In this document: positions 29,569 through 39,575 of the stretch, piece by piece
Layout of the letters: the number at the start of each line of letters is the position of its first letter
Position numbering within the stretch: the stretch's first letter is position 1
Assembly (NCBI GenBank): GCA_009779855.1
Contig: WRBC01000002.1
Location: 111,011-175,010 of the forward strand
From: Coriobacteriia bacterium
Lineage (GTDB): Bacteria > Actinomycetota > Coriobacteriia > WRKU01 > WQUG01
Reading direction: 5' to 3'
Length of the DNA stretch: 64,000 nt
Position numbers and translations under genes: made by a program
The notes under the pieces: model-generated
Database searches by the model: none
Seen by the model: the letters and a program-made list of their open reading frames with translations, nothing else
Told to the model about the DNA's origin: nothing

Positions 29569-30997
29569 TATTGTAGCCCGCATCAAGACTGTTGAAGCTG
29601 GCTCCCCGGCTGATAGGGCAGGAATTAAGGCGGAAGAGTATGTCTATTCTGTCAACGGACAGACCGCTGTTGATTATATTGATTGGCTCTGGGAGAGTGA
29701 CGGAACAGAGCTAGAGCTTGAGGTCACAGACGTGAAGGGCAAGACACGTCCTGTTACTTTGCAGCGTGACGGCCTGCAAGATAGTTGGGGTATTGAGTTC
29801 GATGACCTTGTTTACGATGGTATCATCGCCTGTGAAAATGACTGTGTATTTTGCTTTATGAAGCAGCTGCCTGCAACAGCCCGCAAGACACTTTGTGTAA
29901 AGGATGATGATTATCGTCTGTCGTTTTTGCAGGGAAATTTTATCACGCTGACCAATCTAGAAGATGATGATAAGCAGCGTATTATTGAGCAGCGCATCAG
30001 CCCCCTTCGCCTGTCTTTCCATGCGGCAGACAAAGAAGTGCGTCAGAAGCTTATTGGAAGAAATCACGCTAAGGCTTTACGCAATTTTGATGACCTAATT
30101 GAAGCAGGTATCGATTTTCATATTCAGGTAGTGCTTGTTCCTGGGGTAAATGATGGGGATGTTCTGGAGGACACCTTACGTTACCTTAAAGATTCTAAGC
30201 GCCTGCCCCATGTTTTGAGTGTAGGTATAGTTCCTGTTGCCTTTACCCAGTATGCGCCGACAAGACTAAAGGAGATGCTAGGCTCTGCAAGTATGGTTCC
30301 TGCCGATAGGGAAGAGTGGTCGAAGTCGGTTATAGATCAAGTGCAGAAGCATCAGTTTGCCGAATTTGAAGAGCGTGAGTTAACTTGGGTTTATTTAGCA
30401 GACGAATTCTACATTCATGCTCATGCCCCCTTTCCCTTGCCAGATTTCTATGATGGGTTTCCTCAGCTAGAAAATGGCATTGGTATGGTGCTGAACTTCA
30501 TTGCTGATATTCGCGATAACTTAGAGGATCTTCAGACTGCATTGGCCTTATTGCCTCAGCATAACCAGACAGGGTCAGAAACAATCACAATCGTCTGTGG
30601 TGAACTGCTTACACAGACCTGGTTAGGAATACTGAGCGGCATCCAGGCAGGCGGAAAATTACGCCTACTTCCCGTGAAGAATCGTTATTTTGGAGGTAAT
30701 GTTAGCGTAACCGGCCTGCTAGCAGGGGCTGATATTTTGCGAGCAGTAAAGCTAGATAGTGACTACCTGCACGAGGAAGGTCACGTAGATGCTGGTAAGC
30801 ATCTCTACCTTATTCCTGACTGCATATTTAACGCTGATGGAATAACGCTTGATGACTACAGTGCCGACCAATTAGTTGAGGAGGCTGCAAGGCAGTCTGT
30901 ACACATTACGCTTTATGAAACCAATGCGGCAGGGCTTGCTGCAGATATTCGTAATCATGCAAAAGAGCAGGCGAAGGAGCTGAAGTCTGATGCCTAA
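29555..30997 (+). CDS. PDZ + radical-SAM-like DUF512 protein
   Basis: CENDCVFCF, KDDDYRLSFLQGNFITLTN, PQLENGIG. Confidence 0.85.
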   Translation: MTVSDIVARIKTVEAGSPADRAGIKAEEYVYSVNGQTAVDYIDWLWESDGTELELEVTDVKGKTRPVTLQRDGLQDSWGIEFDDLVYDGIIACENDCVFCFMKQLPATARKTLCVKDDDYRLSFLQGNFITLTNLEDDDKQRIIEQRISPLRLSFHAADKEVRQKLIGRNHAKALRNFDDLIEAGIDFHIQVVLVPGVNDGDVLEDTLRYLKDSKRLPHVLSVGIVPVAFTQYAPTRLKEMLGSASMVPADREEWSKSVIDQVQKHQFAEFEERELTWVYLADEFYIHAHAPFPLPDFYDGFPQLENGIGMVLNFIADIRDNLEDLQTALALLPQHNQTGSETITIVCGELLTQTWLGILSGIQAGGKLRLLPVKNRYFGGNVSVTGLLAGADILRAVKLDSDYLHEEGHVDAGKHLYLIPDCIFNADGITLDDYSADQLVEEAARQSVHITLYETNAAGLAADIRNHAKEQAKELKSDA

Positions 30998-32462
30998 AGA
31001 AGTACTTCCTGTCATTGCTGTTGTTGGGCGTCCAAACGTGGGTAAATCCAGCTTTGTCAACCGTATCAGTGGACGCGGGGATGCCATCGTTCACGGTGAG
31101 CGCGGTGTAACACGAGATCGCAGCTACCACGAAGCCGATTGGGCGGGAACTTCATTTATCTTAATCGATACGGGCGGTATCGAGATGGCGCGTGATGACG
31201 TCTTCCAGACAGGAATTCGCACGCAGGCTGAAGTTGCCATGGAGCAAGCAGATGCCATCATCCTTCTGGTTGATGGGCAAACGGGACTAACTGCTGATGA
31301 CGAGTCCCTAGCAAGGCTGCTTAAGCGCACGAAGAAACCTGTTTTCCTTGCAGTAAATAAAGTTGACGATCCAACAAGTGAACGCGAGACTTACGAGTTC
31401 TGGAACCTAGGACTGGGGGAGCCCTATCCCTTATCTGCGACACACGGTACGGGCACAGGGGATCTTTTTGATGAGGTCATCAAGTCCTTGCCTGAACTTA
31501 AGGCAGAGGCAGAAGCAAACATAGGGGCTGCGAGTATAGATGACTCCAGCCTGTATGAGGATAGCGACTTTGATGAGGATTATCTTGACGACTTAGACGA
31601 AGATGAGGCAAAGCGTATAAGTCGGAAGCCCGTATTTAATGAAGATGACCCTATTAAGGTAGCAGTTATTGGGAGACCAAATGCAGGAAAATCGTCGTTA
31701 ACTAATAGACTCTCTAATATGGATCGATCCATCGTTTCTGATGTTGCAGGGACAACAAGGGATGCCATCGACACTGACTTTGTCTACGAGGGACGCGAGA
31801 TCACCCTGGTGGATACTGCAGGTATTAGGCGCAAGGCAGTCATTGATTCTGATGTTGAATACTACGGATTCGTACGTGCTATGCGTGCAATCGACCGTGC
31901 AGACGTTGCATTATTGGTCATTGATGCAGAGATTGGTCTTACTGATCAGGACCAGCGCATTGCGTCTTACGCTCAAGAACGTGGTCGCGCTATAGTGGTT
32001 CTGTTAAATAAGTGGGATTTAATGAAGCAGGAATCTGCTGAACTAGCTGACGAGGCAGAGCGAGCTCGCAAAATCCTTATGGACCGCATTGAGGATCGTC
32101 TAGGGTTTATCTCGTGGGCGCCTGTATTGCGCGTCAGTGCAAAGAGCGGCCGTGGCCTTGATCGCATTCTTGATGCTGTGATTACAGTCTTTGGCAATTA
32201 CCGCGCCCAGTATTCGACATCGGTTCTTAATCGCTTTCTAACAGAGCTACGCCAATTTGGACATACGGTCAGTAGGGGGCCGCAGAAATTGAGCATTAAG
32301 TATATGGCTCAAACACATTATGAGCCCCCTGGTTTTACCTTTTTCTGCAATCATCCAAATCTTGTAGACGATACCTATAAGCGCTATTTAGAGAATCGAC
32401 TGCGCGAGCATTTTGAGTTGTCTGGTACCCCCGTTATTATGAAATTTAAACACAAGACCTAA
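30990..32462 (+). CDS. der: Ribosome biogenesis GTPase Der
   Basis: Two GRPNxGKS GTPase domains with an acidic linker and a KH-like C-terminus. Confidence 0.96.
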   Translation: MPKEVLPVIAVVGRPNVGKSSFVNRISGRGDAIVHGERGVTRDRSYHEADWAGTSFILIDTGGIEMARDDVFQTGIRTQAEVAMEQADAIILLVDGQTGLTADDESLARLLKRTKKPVFLAVNKVDDPTSERETYEFWNLGLGEPYPLSATHGTGTGDLFDEVIKSLPELKAEAEANIGAASIDDSSLYEDSDFDEDYLDDLDEDEAKRISRKPVFNEDDPIKVAVIGRPNAGKSSLTNRLSNMDRSIVSDVAGTTRDAIDTDFVYEGREITLVDTAGIRRKAVIDSDVEYYGFVRAMRAIDRADVALLVIDAEIGLTDQDQRIASYAQERGRAIVVLLNKWDLMKQESAELADEAERARKILMDRIEDRLGFISWAPVLRVSAKSGRGLDRILDAVITVFGNYRAQYSTSVLNRFLTELRQFGHTVSRGPQKLSIKYMAQTHYEPPGFTFFCNHPNLVDDTYKRYLENRLREHFELSGTPVIMKFKHKT

Positions 32463-32538
32463 GAAGACCTAAGGAGGAATGCTTTTCTATGCTAAAGTTT
32501 CTCTGGGAGAAATTTTAGAAAGAGGAGTATATCCATTT

Positions 32539-33228
32539 ATGGATTTTATTATTGAACCATTGGTAAGTTTGCCGCTGTGGGCTATTTTTGCGAGCACTCT
32601 TTTATTTGCCTATTTGTTCGGAGCCATTCCTTTCTCTATGGCTGCGGGCAAGGTTTTCTTCGGGGTAAACTTACGCGAAGAAGGATCAGGCAATTTAGGT
32701 GCGACAAATACCTTTCGTACCCTCGGTGCGAAAGCGGGCATTGGTATCCTGCTGCTGGACATGGCAAAGGGAGCCCTTCCCGTATTTGCGGCGCGCTCTG
32801 TGGCGCATGCGGCAGGCTTTAGTTCTGATGTGACTGCATGGCTGCTTATTGGTAGTGCTCTTGCAGCTATTATTGGGCACACAGCATCACCCTATATTGG
32901 CTTTAAAGGCGGTAAGGGGGCTGCGACCTCTGCAGGAGTAATGCTTGCGCTTGTTCCGTGGGTATTTCTTATTTCTGCGATTATTTTCTTTGTAACACTT
33001 GCCCTTACGCGCTATGTATCCGTAGCGACCATTGTGACGGCGCTGGCTTTTCCCATAAGTACTGCTTTGATATATCAAAGCTGGCCTTTATCCCTTTTCG
33101 CGCTGGTAATTGGCATTATTGTTCCTGTATTTCACCGGGCAAACATTCAAAGATTACGTGCAGGCACAGAGCCGCGTTTTTCTTGGAAAGATCGAGGAAA
33201 AAGGGCCGCTACCAATCAGGATAACTAG
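32539..33228 (+). CDS. plsY: Glycerol-3-phosphate acyltransferase PlsY
   Basis: GSGNLGATN, DMAKG, FKGGKGAAT, HRANIQRL. Confidence 0.93.
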   Translation: MDFIIEPLVSLPLWAIFASTLLFAYLFGAIPFSMAAGKVFFGVNLREEGSGNLGATNTFRTLGAKAGIGILLLDMAKGALPVFAARSVAHAAGFSSDVTAWLLIGSALAAIIGHTASPYIGFKGGKGAATSAGVMLALVPWVFLISAIIFFVTLALTRYVSVATIVTALAFPISTALIYQSWPLSLFALVIGIIVPVFHRANIQRLRAGTEPRFSWKDRGKRAATNQDN

Positions 33229-33236
33229 GAGAAGAC

Positions 33237-34229
33237 ATGACTAAGATATGCGTTATTGGAGCAGGCTCATGGGGTACGGCAGTTGCTTGGTTGTTGGATG
33301 GCAAAGGTCACAGCGTAAGAGTGTGGGCCTTTGAGCCAGAGATTGCTGACGCGATCAACAACACAGGCAGAAATCCTGTCTATCTGCCACATGTTAAATT
33401 TAGCGACCGTATATCAGCGACTGCTGATGTGGGCTCTGCGCTCAAGGGTGCAGACGCTGTAGTTATGGTGACCCCCAGTATTGGCGTGCGTGCAACTGCA
33501 GAAAAAATGGCAGAGGCTTTGCCTGAAGATGTGCCCGTCATTATTTTGAGTAAAGGCCTTGAAGCAGGGACCCATCTGCTTATGACAGAAATTCTTGAAG
33601 AAGTGTTGGGTAATCCTGAAAGGATAGCAGCACTTTCTGGACCAAATCATGCTGAAGAGGTAAGTAAGGCAGTGCCTTCTGCAACCGTTGTCGCGGCGCA
33701 TAATGAGGAGGTTGCAGGTTATTTTCAGGAGCTTTTCTCGACGCCTTTTTTCCGTGTGTATACGAACAATGACCTTATTGGCGTAGAGCTATGTGGTGCG
33801 GGGAAGAATGTTATCGCTATTGCTTGCGGTATGTGTGACGGTTTGGGGCTGGGCGACAATGCGAAGGCATCGCTTATGACGCGCGGGCTTGCGGAATTGG
33901 TACGCCTAGGTGAGGCTGTCGGTGCAAAAACAGACACGTTTCGTGGTCTTGCCGGCATGGGAGACCTTATTGTTACCTGTACTTCAAAGCACTCACGCAA
34001 TAGATCGCTAGGAGAAGGAATCGCCCGTGGTGATACCCTAGAAGGCTATCAGGAGCGCACTAAGATGGTTGTTGAGGGTGCAGTGGCGTGTAACAGTATT
34101 TATGAGCTGGCTCGTGACCGAGATATAGAGGTTCCTATTACGCAACTTATTTATGAAATTATCTACGAAGGATTGGATCTTGAGCGGGGGATGGCGATGT
34201 TAATGGATAGGCCCCTTCGTAAAGAGTGA
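33237..34229 (+). CDS. gpsA: NAD(P)H-dependent glycerol-3-phosphate dehydrogenase
   Basis: GAGSWGT, SGPNHA, GLAGMGDLIVTC, SRN. Confidence 0.95.
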   Translation: MTKICVIGAGSWGTAVAWLLDGKGHSVRVWAFEPEIADAINNTGRNPVYLPHVKFSDRISATADVGSALKGADAVVMVTPSIGVRATAEKMAEALPEDVPVIILSKGLEAGTHLLMTEILEEVLGNPERIAALSGPNHAEEVSKAVPSATVVAAHNEEVAGYFQELFSTPFFRVYTNNDLIGVELCGAGKNVIAIACGMCDGLGLGDNAKASLMTRGLAELVRLGEAVGAKTDTFRGLAGMGDLIVTCTSKHSRNRSLGEGIARGDTLEGYQERTKMVVEGAVACNSIYELARDRDIEVPITQLIYEIIYEGLDLERGMAMLMDRPLRKE

Positions 34230-34293
34230 GCACGAACCCTAAACACCTGATATATCCTCTAGTTTATTTAGATTGTGCTATACTAACCCGTTG

Positions 34294-34343
34294 CGTGTTC
34301 GTGTGTCTGGTCGGAAACCACTCACTTAAAAGCGAAGCCACGT
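34294..34343 (+). promoter_or_regulatory. Candidate L31 ribosomal-protein leader hairpin
   Basis: Nested pairings cgtg/cacg, ttcg/cgaa, gtg/cac, tggt/acca, located between the TATACT -10 (34279) and the rpmE RBS. Confidence 0.4.
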
Positions 34344-34367
34344 TTTACCTACATAAGGAGATTTTAC

Positions 34368-34829
34368 ATGAGATCCGGAATTCATCCAGATTACAAAGTT
34401 ACTGAATACACTTGTTCTTGCGGTAGTGTTTTTGAAAGCCATTCAACAAAGGGTGGTTCTGTCCGTCTAGAACTTTGCAATAAGTGTCATCCTTTCTTTA
34501 CTGGTACGCAGAAGTTTGTTGACACCGGTGGACGCGTTCAGCGCTTTGCTGATAAGTTTGGTGCGGCTGCTGCAGCAACCCTTGAAAAAGAAAAGGCTGC
34601 TACTGAAGCGCGTCGTGAAGAAGCAGAAAAGGAAGCTGCTGCTAAGGCTGCTGTTCGCGAAGAAAGAGCTGCTGCTAAGGCTGCTCGCGCTGCAGAATTC
34701 GAGAAGGCTGCTCCTGCAAAAGAAGAGACTACAGAAGAAGTCACTACTGAAGAGGCGCCAGCAGAGGCTGCTCCTGCAGAGGAAGCTCCTGCTACTGAAG
34801 CTGCGGCCGAAGAGACTAGGGAAGCTTAG
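34368..34829 (+). CDS. rpmE: 50S ribosomal protein L31 (zinc type) with a long Ala/Glu-rich C-terminal extension
   Basis: [30 protein letters not shown]. Confidence 0.95.
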   Translation: MRSGIHPDYKVTEYTCSCGSVFESHSTKGGSVRLELCNKCHPFFTGTQKFVDTGGRVQRFADKFGAAAAATLEKEKAATEARREEAEKEAAAKAAVREERAAAKAARAAEFEKAAPAKEETTEEVTTEEAPAEAAPAEEAPATEAAAEETREA

Positions 34830-34846
34830 TTCATTTCTTGTGTGTC

Positions 34847-34902
34847 ACTCTCGATTCCTGCGCATAATGTTAATGTCGCGGGGGTCGAGAGTTTTTGTTT
34901 TT
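34847..34902 (+). terminator. Intrinsic terminator after rpmE
   Basis: actctcgattcctgcg / cgcggggtcgagagt stem + T tract. Confidence 0.75.
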
Positions 34903-34999
34903 CATTCCACTTCCACTCCTAGTTTCCGCTGCGATGCTATCTGTGAACAGCGTAGCGAGAGGCCGATAGAGGGTCACCATAATCAGGAGGAGCATCAAT

Positions 35000-35689
35000 A
35001 TGCAGATTAAATTACTTTTTCACACACCTGATCCAGAGCGTGCTATTGCCGCCGCCGCGCGTCTTTGCTACGCAAAAGTAGGTGCCGATACGCTTATGGA
35101 TACTATGGATGACGCAGAAATCAAGCGCATTCTTAAGATTATTATGGGTAGTGGCCATCTGGCTGCACTAGAGCACGTTAGTTATACTTTTGCCCTTGAT
35201 GGGGTATCACGCGCCATGACTCATCAGCTTGTACGTCACCGCTTAGCCAGCTATAACCAGCAATCACAGCGCTACGTTAGCTATGATGACGAACCCGTGT
35301 TTATTGTGCCGCCAAAGGTGCGTGAAGCTGGGGGAGAAGCGAAAGCTGCTTACGTTCAGCACTGCAAAGAAGCCTTCGAGTCCTACCGTGATCTAATTGA
35401 TAAAGGGGTGCACAAAGAGGACGCACGTTACTTGTTACCCAATGCAATGGAAACTAAAATTGTGGTAACAATGAATACGCGTGAATTGCTGCACTTCTTT
35501 AGTCTGCGCTGTTGCCGTAGAGCCCAGTGGGAGATTCGTGAAGTTGCGGACAAGATGCTTGAACTGGCATCCCCTACAGCACCTTATATTTTTGCTGATG
35601 CAGGGGCTGCTTGTCGCAGAACCTTCTGTCCAGAGGGCAGTATGGCTTGTGGAAATCCCTTCCCTCGCGTTTTTCGGGATGAACTCTAA
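35000..35689 (+). CDS. thyX: FAD-dependent thymidylate synthase
   Basis: HQLVRHRLASYNQQSQRY, EDARYLLP, AQWEIR. Confidence 0.95.
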   Translation: MQIKLLFHTPDPERAIAAAARLCYAKVGADTLMDTMDDAEIKRILKIIMGSGHLAALEHVSYTFALDGVSRAMTHQLVRHRLASYNQQSQRYVSYDDEPVFIVPPKVREAGGEAKAAYVQHCKEAFESYRDLIDKGVHKEDARYLLPNAMETKIVVTMNTRELLHFFSLRCCRRAQWEIREVADKMLELASPTAPYIFADAGAACRRTFCPEGSMACGNPFPRVFRDEL

Positions 35690-35691
35690 TC

Positions 35692-36909
35692 ATGAATAAT
35701 GAGCAAACCTCTTATGGTGACGGACTCACTGATAGTCAGGTCAGCGATCAGGCTTCCGCTGATGAGGTAGCCTCAGCATCAACCTCGACACCTGCACCAA
35801 CGTTTAATGGTGTAACAGGCTATACGCCTATGCCTATTGGAGGGCAGGCAGTAATGGAGGGTGTCATGATGCGTGGCAAAACAGTTTGGGCTGTTGCTGC
35901 GCGCGACGAGCAGGGTGAAATCCATGTTGAACAGCATCCTTTGAAGACGGCTTCATCCCGCAATGCCTGGATGCAGTGGCCTGTCATTCGTGGTGTTGTG
36001 GGACTTGTTGAAAGTCTTGCATTGGGTACGAAGTCACTTGCTGCCTCTGCACGTATTGCTGGTCTTGAAGAGGCTGAAGAAGGTAAAGAAGGCCAAGACC
36101 GCGAATCCGCTATGACTAAGGGCATGATGGCTGTCTCTATGGCCTTAGGTATTGGCATGGCAGTGGTTCTTTTTATTCTTCTACCTACCTTTCTGACACA
36201 GCTTGTTATGGGTGGTGGAGCAGAAAACCTTTTTGCCCGAAACGCCTTAGATGGCGCTATCAGCATAATCATTTTCCTTAGTTACATTTATGCAATAAGC
36301 CGCATGCCTGACATTAAGCGCGTTTTTCAGTATCACGGTGCAGAGCATAAGGTAATCCATGCCGTCGAAGCAGGTGACCCACTTACCGTCGAGTCGGCTC
36401 AAAAGTATGACACCATGCATAATCGTTGCGGAACTGCGTTCCTTGTCATGGTTATGGTTCTTGCTATCCTTGTTTTTTCGATGGTTCCTGTAAGTGCTAT
36501 TGTTGATGCGCTGGGAATAACAAACTATGTTGCCATTTTTGGCATCCGCATAGCATCACGCTTGCTGCTGCTACCCCTTGTCGTGGGACTTGCGTATGAG
36601 GTGACCGTAAAGTGGGCATCAAAGAATACGCACCTAGGCATCGTGAAGCTTATTATGTGGCCAGGACTGCAAATGCAGCGCTTGACTACGGGGGAGCCTG
36701 ACGACGACATGGTTGAAGTGGCTATTGCAGCCACAAAATCAGTACTTGCAGCAGAACAGGGCATGGTTGAGCCAGAGTCAGATTCCGAACTAGCCTCAGA
36801 GAACGGTGCAAAGGATGACTCTGGAATTGCAGGTGGGACTACAGGCGAAGAAATAGACAAGACTGTCTTGCCACCCTTGAATCCGCAACCTGCTCCTGCA
36901 GGTGTCTAG
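35692..36909 (+). CDS. DUF1385 membrane protein
   Basis: GGQAVMEGVMMRG, FQYHGAEHK, HNRCGTAF, LTTGEPDD. Confidence 0.9.
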   Translation: MNNEQTSYGDGLTDSQVSDQASADEVASASTSTPAPTFNGVTGYTPMPIGGQAVMEGVMMRGKTVWAVAARDEQGEIHVEQHPLKTASSRNAWMQWPVIRGVVGLVESLALGTKSLAASARIAGLEEAEEGKEGQDRESAMTKGMMAVSMALGIGMAVVLFILLPTFLTQLVMGGGAENLFARNALDGAISIIIFLSYIYAISRMPDIKRVFQYHGAEHKVIHAVEAGDPLTVESAQKYDTMHNRCGTAFLVMVMVLAILVFSMVPVSAIVDALGITNYVAIFGIRIASRLLLLPLVVGLAYEVTVKWASKNTHLGIVKLIMWPGLQMQRLTTGEPDDDMVEVAIAATKSVLAAEQGMVEPESDSELASENGAKDDSGIAGGTTGEEIDKTVLPPLNPQPAPAGV

Positions 36910-36954
36910 TCTTAGTGTCACGTCTATTGCACTTATCGGGTACAATTTAGAGCG

Positions 36955-37803
36955 ATGTTACTTGCAGTCGACATAGGAAATACCCAGACGGTACTGGGCC
37001 TTTTTGAAGGAGCAGAGCTACGCCATACCTGGCGTTTAGCAAGTGATGTAGCACGCACGCGCGATGAAGTAGGTGCAATCGTTACACACCTTTTTCTCGA
37101 AGCAGAAAGACAGGGACAGAGCTCCTTTGTCGTCAATCAGATGGTGATAGCAAGTGTGGTCCCTGCACTTACACGAACATGGATTGAACTTGCCCAGAAC
37201 ATGAGCTGCCTAAAAGGTGTCCGCAAGCCTCTTATAGTGGATTCTGCTATTGCGCGACATTACAGTAGGAACATTGTTAATCCAGCAGAGATTGGAGCAG
37301 ATCGTATTGCAAATGCCATTGCGGCAAGAATGCTTTACGGGGCTCCAGCAATCGTAGTTGATTTTGGCACAGCGACCAATATCGATGTTATCGATAGTCA
37401 GGGCTACTATATTGGTGGCATCATTTCCCCCGGAATACAGGCTTCGGCAAATGCATTATTTAGCAGTGCTGCGCGGCTGCCTGCGGTAGATTTAGAATTG
37501 CCCGAGTATACTCTGGGAACCACCACAAAGGCGGCAGTTCAATCGGGACTTTTGCGCGGTGAAGCGGCAAAGGTGGACGCGCTTATTTGGGCTCTAAGAC
37601 AGGAAAATCCTATCCTGGCGAGACCAGGAATTGCCGTTGTCGCCACGGGCGGACTTGCTTCGCGTATCTTGCAGGCAACTACTCAGATTACGCATCACGA
37701 CCCTGACCTTACTCTGAAGGGGCTCTACCTTATTGCGGTACTACAGATTGAGGGACAGGCTAGAGGACGGACCGAAGAACAGGTTAGAGGACCACGTCCA
37801 TGA
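36955..37803 (+). CDS. coaX: Type III pantothenate kinase
   Basis: LLAVDIGNT, IGADR, VDFGTAT, GGIISPG. Confidence 0.94.
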   Translation: MLLAVDIGNTQTVLGLFEGAELRHTWRLASDVARTRDEVGAIVTHLFLEAERQGQSSFVVNQMVIASVVPALTRTWIELAQNMSCLKGVRKPLIVDSAIARHYSRNIVNPAEIGADRIANAIAARMLYGAPAIVVDFGTATNIDVIDSQGYYIGGIISPGIQASANALFSSAARLPAVDLELPEYTLGTTTKAAVQSGLLRGEAAKVDALIWALRQENPILARPGIAVVATGGLASRILQATTQITHHDPDLTLKGLYLIAVLQIEGQARGRTEEQVRGPRP

Positions 37804-38417
37804 GCGAGATGATTCGCATAGGGGGAAAGGTTCTTTCGCGCGATAAATTGTATGGCGCAATCGACCAATTGCTGCTGGATCGCTCAAAGGGAGCAACGCA
37901 GGCAGAGGCTGCCCGTGTTGCAGGTGTTTCACGTAGCTTCGTTTCAAACCTTGAGTCCCTAGGTGAGGTGCGCTATGGCGCGCGTGTTGCACTGGTTGCT
38001 TTTCCTGTTTCTAATGGAGACGAGCTACGCAAGCTTGTGGAAGAATTTTCCTTAGACTTTGCATTAATCTTTTCGCAAGATGAACGTTCCCGTGCAGAAT
38101 CAGGAAATGCGGGGGACATGCTAAATCAGCTACTTGACACCTTAGTCGAGCTAAACAATTATTCTGCAGTCATTGTGCTTGCAAGTGATTGGCGCGTACA
38201 GACCATGAAGCGTTTGCTGGATTCAGATGTTATTGGGATTGAATTGGGTGCATCACCACTGCACAATGATGTTGAGGTAGATATTGATCATCTGCGCAGT
38301 ATCCTTACAGGGGTCATAGAGGGCGCGCAGGACGAACAGCAACCTTCCAGGGGTGGGCGCATGAGTGAACGTGGTCAACGCGTAAGAAAGGCGTGGGATC
38401 AATTAAAGCGCCAGTAG
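37800..38417 (+). CDS. Helix-turn-helix transcriptional regulator-like protein
   Basis: MIRIGGKVLSR...GATQAEAARVAGVSRSFVSNLESLGEVR. Confidence 0.7.
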   Translation: MSEMIRIGGKVLSRDKLYGAIDQLLLDRSKGATQAEAARVAGVSRSFVSNLESLGEVRYGARVALVAFPVSNGDELRKLVEEFSLDFALIFSQDERSRAESGNAGDMLNQLLDTLVELNNYSAVIVLASDWRVQTMKRLLDSDVIGIELGASPLHNDVEVDIDHLRSILTGVIEGAQDEQQPSRGGRMSERGQRVRKAWDQLKRQ

Positions 38418-39367
38418 ATATGGCAGCTACGCCAGATTTGCAACCAGTAGCACCTCAGAAATCCGTAGTGAGTATTTCCCTGGGTTCATCTGCACGCGAT
38501 CATCAAGCAGAGATTCAATTAGGCAATCAGTATTTTTCAGTACACCGTGAAGGCACAGATGGTGACTCCGATGTGCTTAAACGCAGATTGGTAGAGCTAG
38601 ATGCAGATCCTACGGTTGCTGCTATTGGCCTAGGAGGGACTGATCTTTTTCTTAATGCTGCAGATCGCACTTACTGGCTTCGTGAAACGAAATCACTTGC
38701 AAAAATTGTGCGCAATAAAGCACTGGTGGATGGGTCTGGTCTCAAAGGGGCTGTAGAGGCTGATACGGTTCGTCACCTGCGCGATGATCTTGGGATAGAT
38801 CTCTTAGAAAAAAGGGTACTTATCACCTCAGCTGTAGATCGTTGGGGACTGGGAATGGCCTTTTGTGACGCAGGAGTAGATACAGATTTTGCAGATCTTT
38901 TCTACATATTGGGCTTGCGCAAGATTATTCGGGACAGAAAAACGCTGACCCGTGTTGTGCGTATGGCGGCACCCCTTGCAGTTCAGCTACCTTTTGCCTG
39001 GTTGTACCCTTCAGGCTCTGACCATACTTCAGAGCCAAAGCTGCATCCGTGGACCGATAAACTCTACGAGGACTACGATATTATTGCTGGTGACTATAAG
39101 TACATTGCAAAATACATGCCACCCAATCTTAAAGATACTTGGGTCATCACTAATACAACAACGGAAGAAGACGTTGAATTCTTGCGTTCACGCGGGGTAA
39201 GTAAGCTAATAACCACAACACCCCGTCTTGAGGGACGTACCTTTGGTACGAATGTGATGGAGGCTCTTTTAGTAGCTGCAGCGGGGGAGAGTCATCCATT
39301 AAGCCCACAGGGGTATTTGGATCTTTTGGCGAAGTATGACTTGCGCCCAAGTGTTCAAGAACTGTAG
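38393..39367 (+). CDS. Conserved protein of unclear function (family often auto-annotated 'quinate 5-dehydrogenase'); start may be ATG 38420
   Basis: VVSISLGSSARDH, GTDGD, VDGSGLK, TTTPRLEGRTFGTNVMEA. Confidence 0.65.
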   Translation: MGSIKAPVDMAATPDLQPVAPQKSVVSISLGSSARDHQAEIQLGNQYFSVHREGTDGDSDVLKRRLVELDADPTVAAIGLGGTDLFLNAADRTYWLRETKSLAKIVRNKALVDGSGLKGAVEADTVRHLRDDLGIDLLEKRVLITSAVDRWGLGMAFCDAGVDTDFADLFYILGLRKIIRDRKTLTRVVRMAAPLAVQLPFAWLYPSGSDHTSEPKLHPWTDKLYEDYDIIAGDYKYIAKYMPPNLKDTWVITNTTTEEDVEFLRSRGVSKLITTTPRLEGRTFGTNVMEALLVAAAGESHPLSPQGYLDLLAKYDLRPSVQEL

Positions 39368-39448
39368 AGGGTTATTGCTGCATACTATATATGACTAAGT
39401 ATCAGCATTTCATAATTCCTGCACTACAATATGTAAATATGCAAAAAA

Positions 39449-39497
39449 TTATGTAATAGTTGTTACATAACCCCCCCCCCCCATTTCCTGCCATAAT
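39449..39497 (+). promoter_or_regulatory. Operator palindrome TTATGTAA-N6-TTACATAA + C12 tract + extended -10 (TGcCATAAT)
   Basis: Palindrome 39449-39470, poly-C 39471-39482, CATAAT 39492-39497. Confidence 0.65.
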
Positions 39498-39575
39498 ACA
39501 TTTACGCATAAGGTGTGTGTGGCTCCTCATGTGTCGTTTGACGATGCAAAACTAAATGGAATTGAGGTAGATTCT

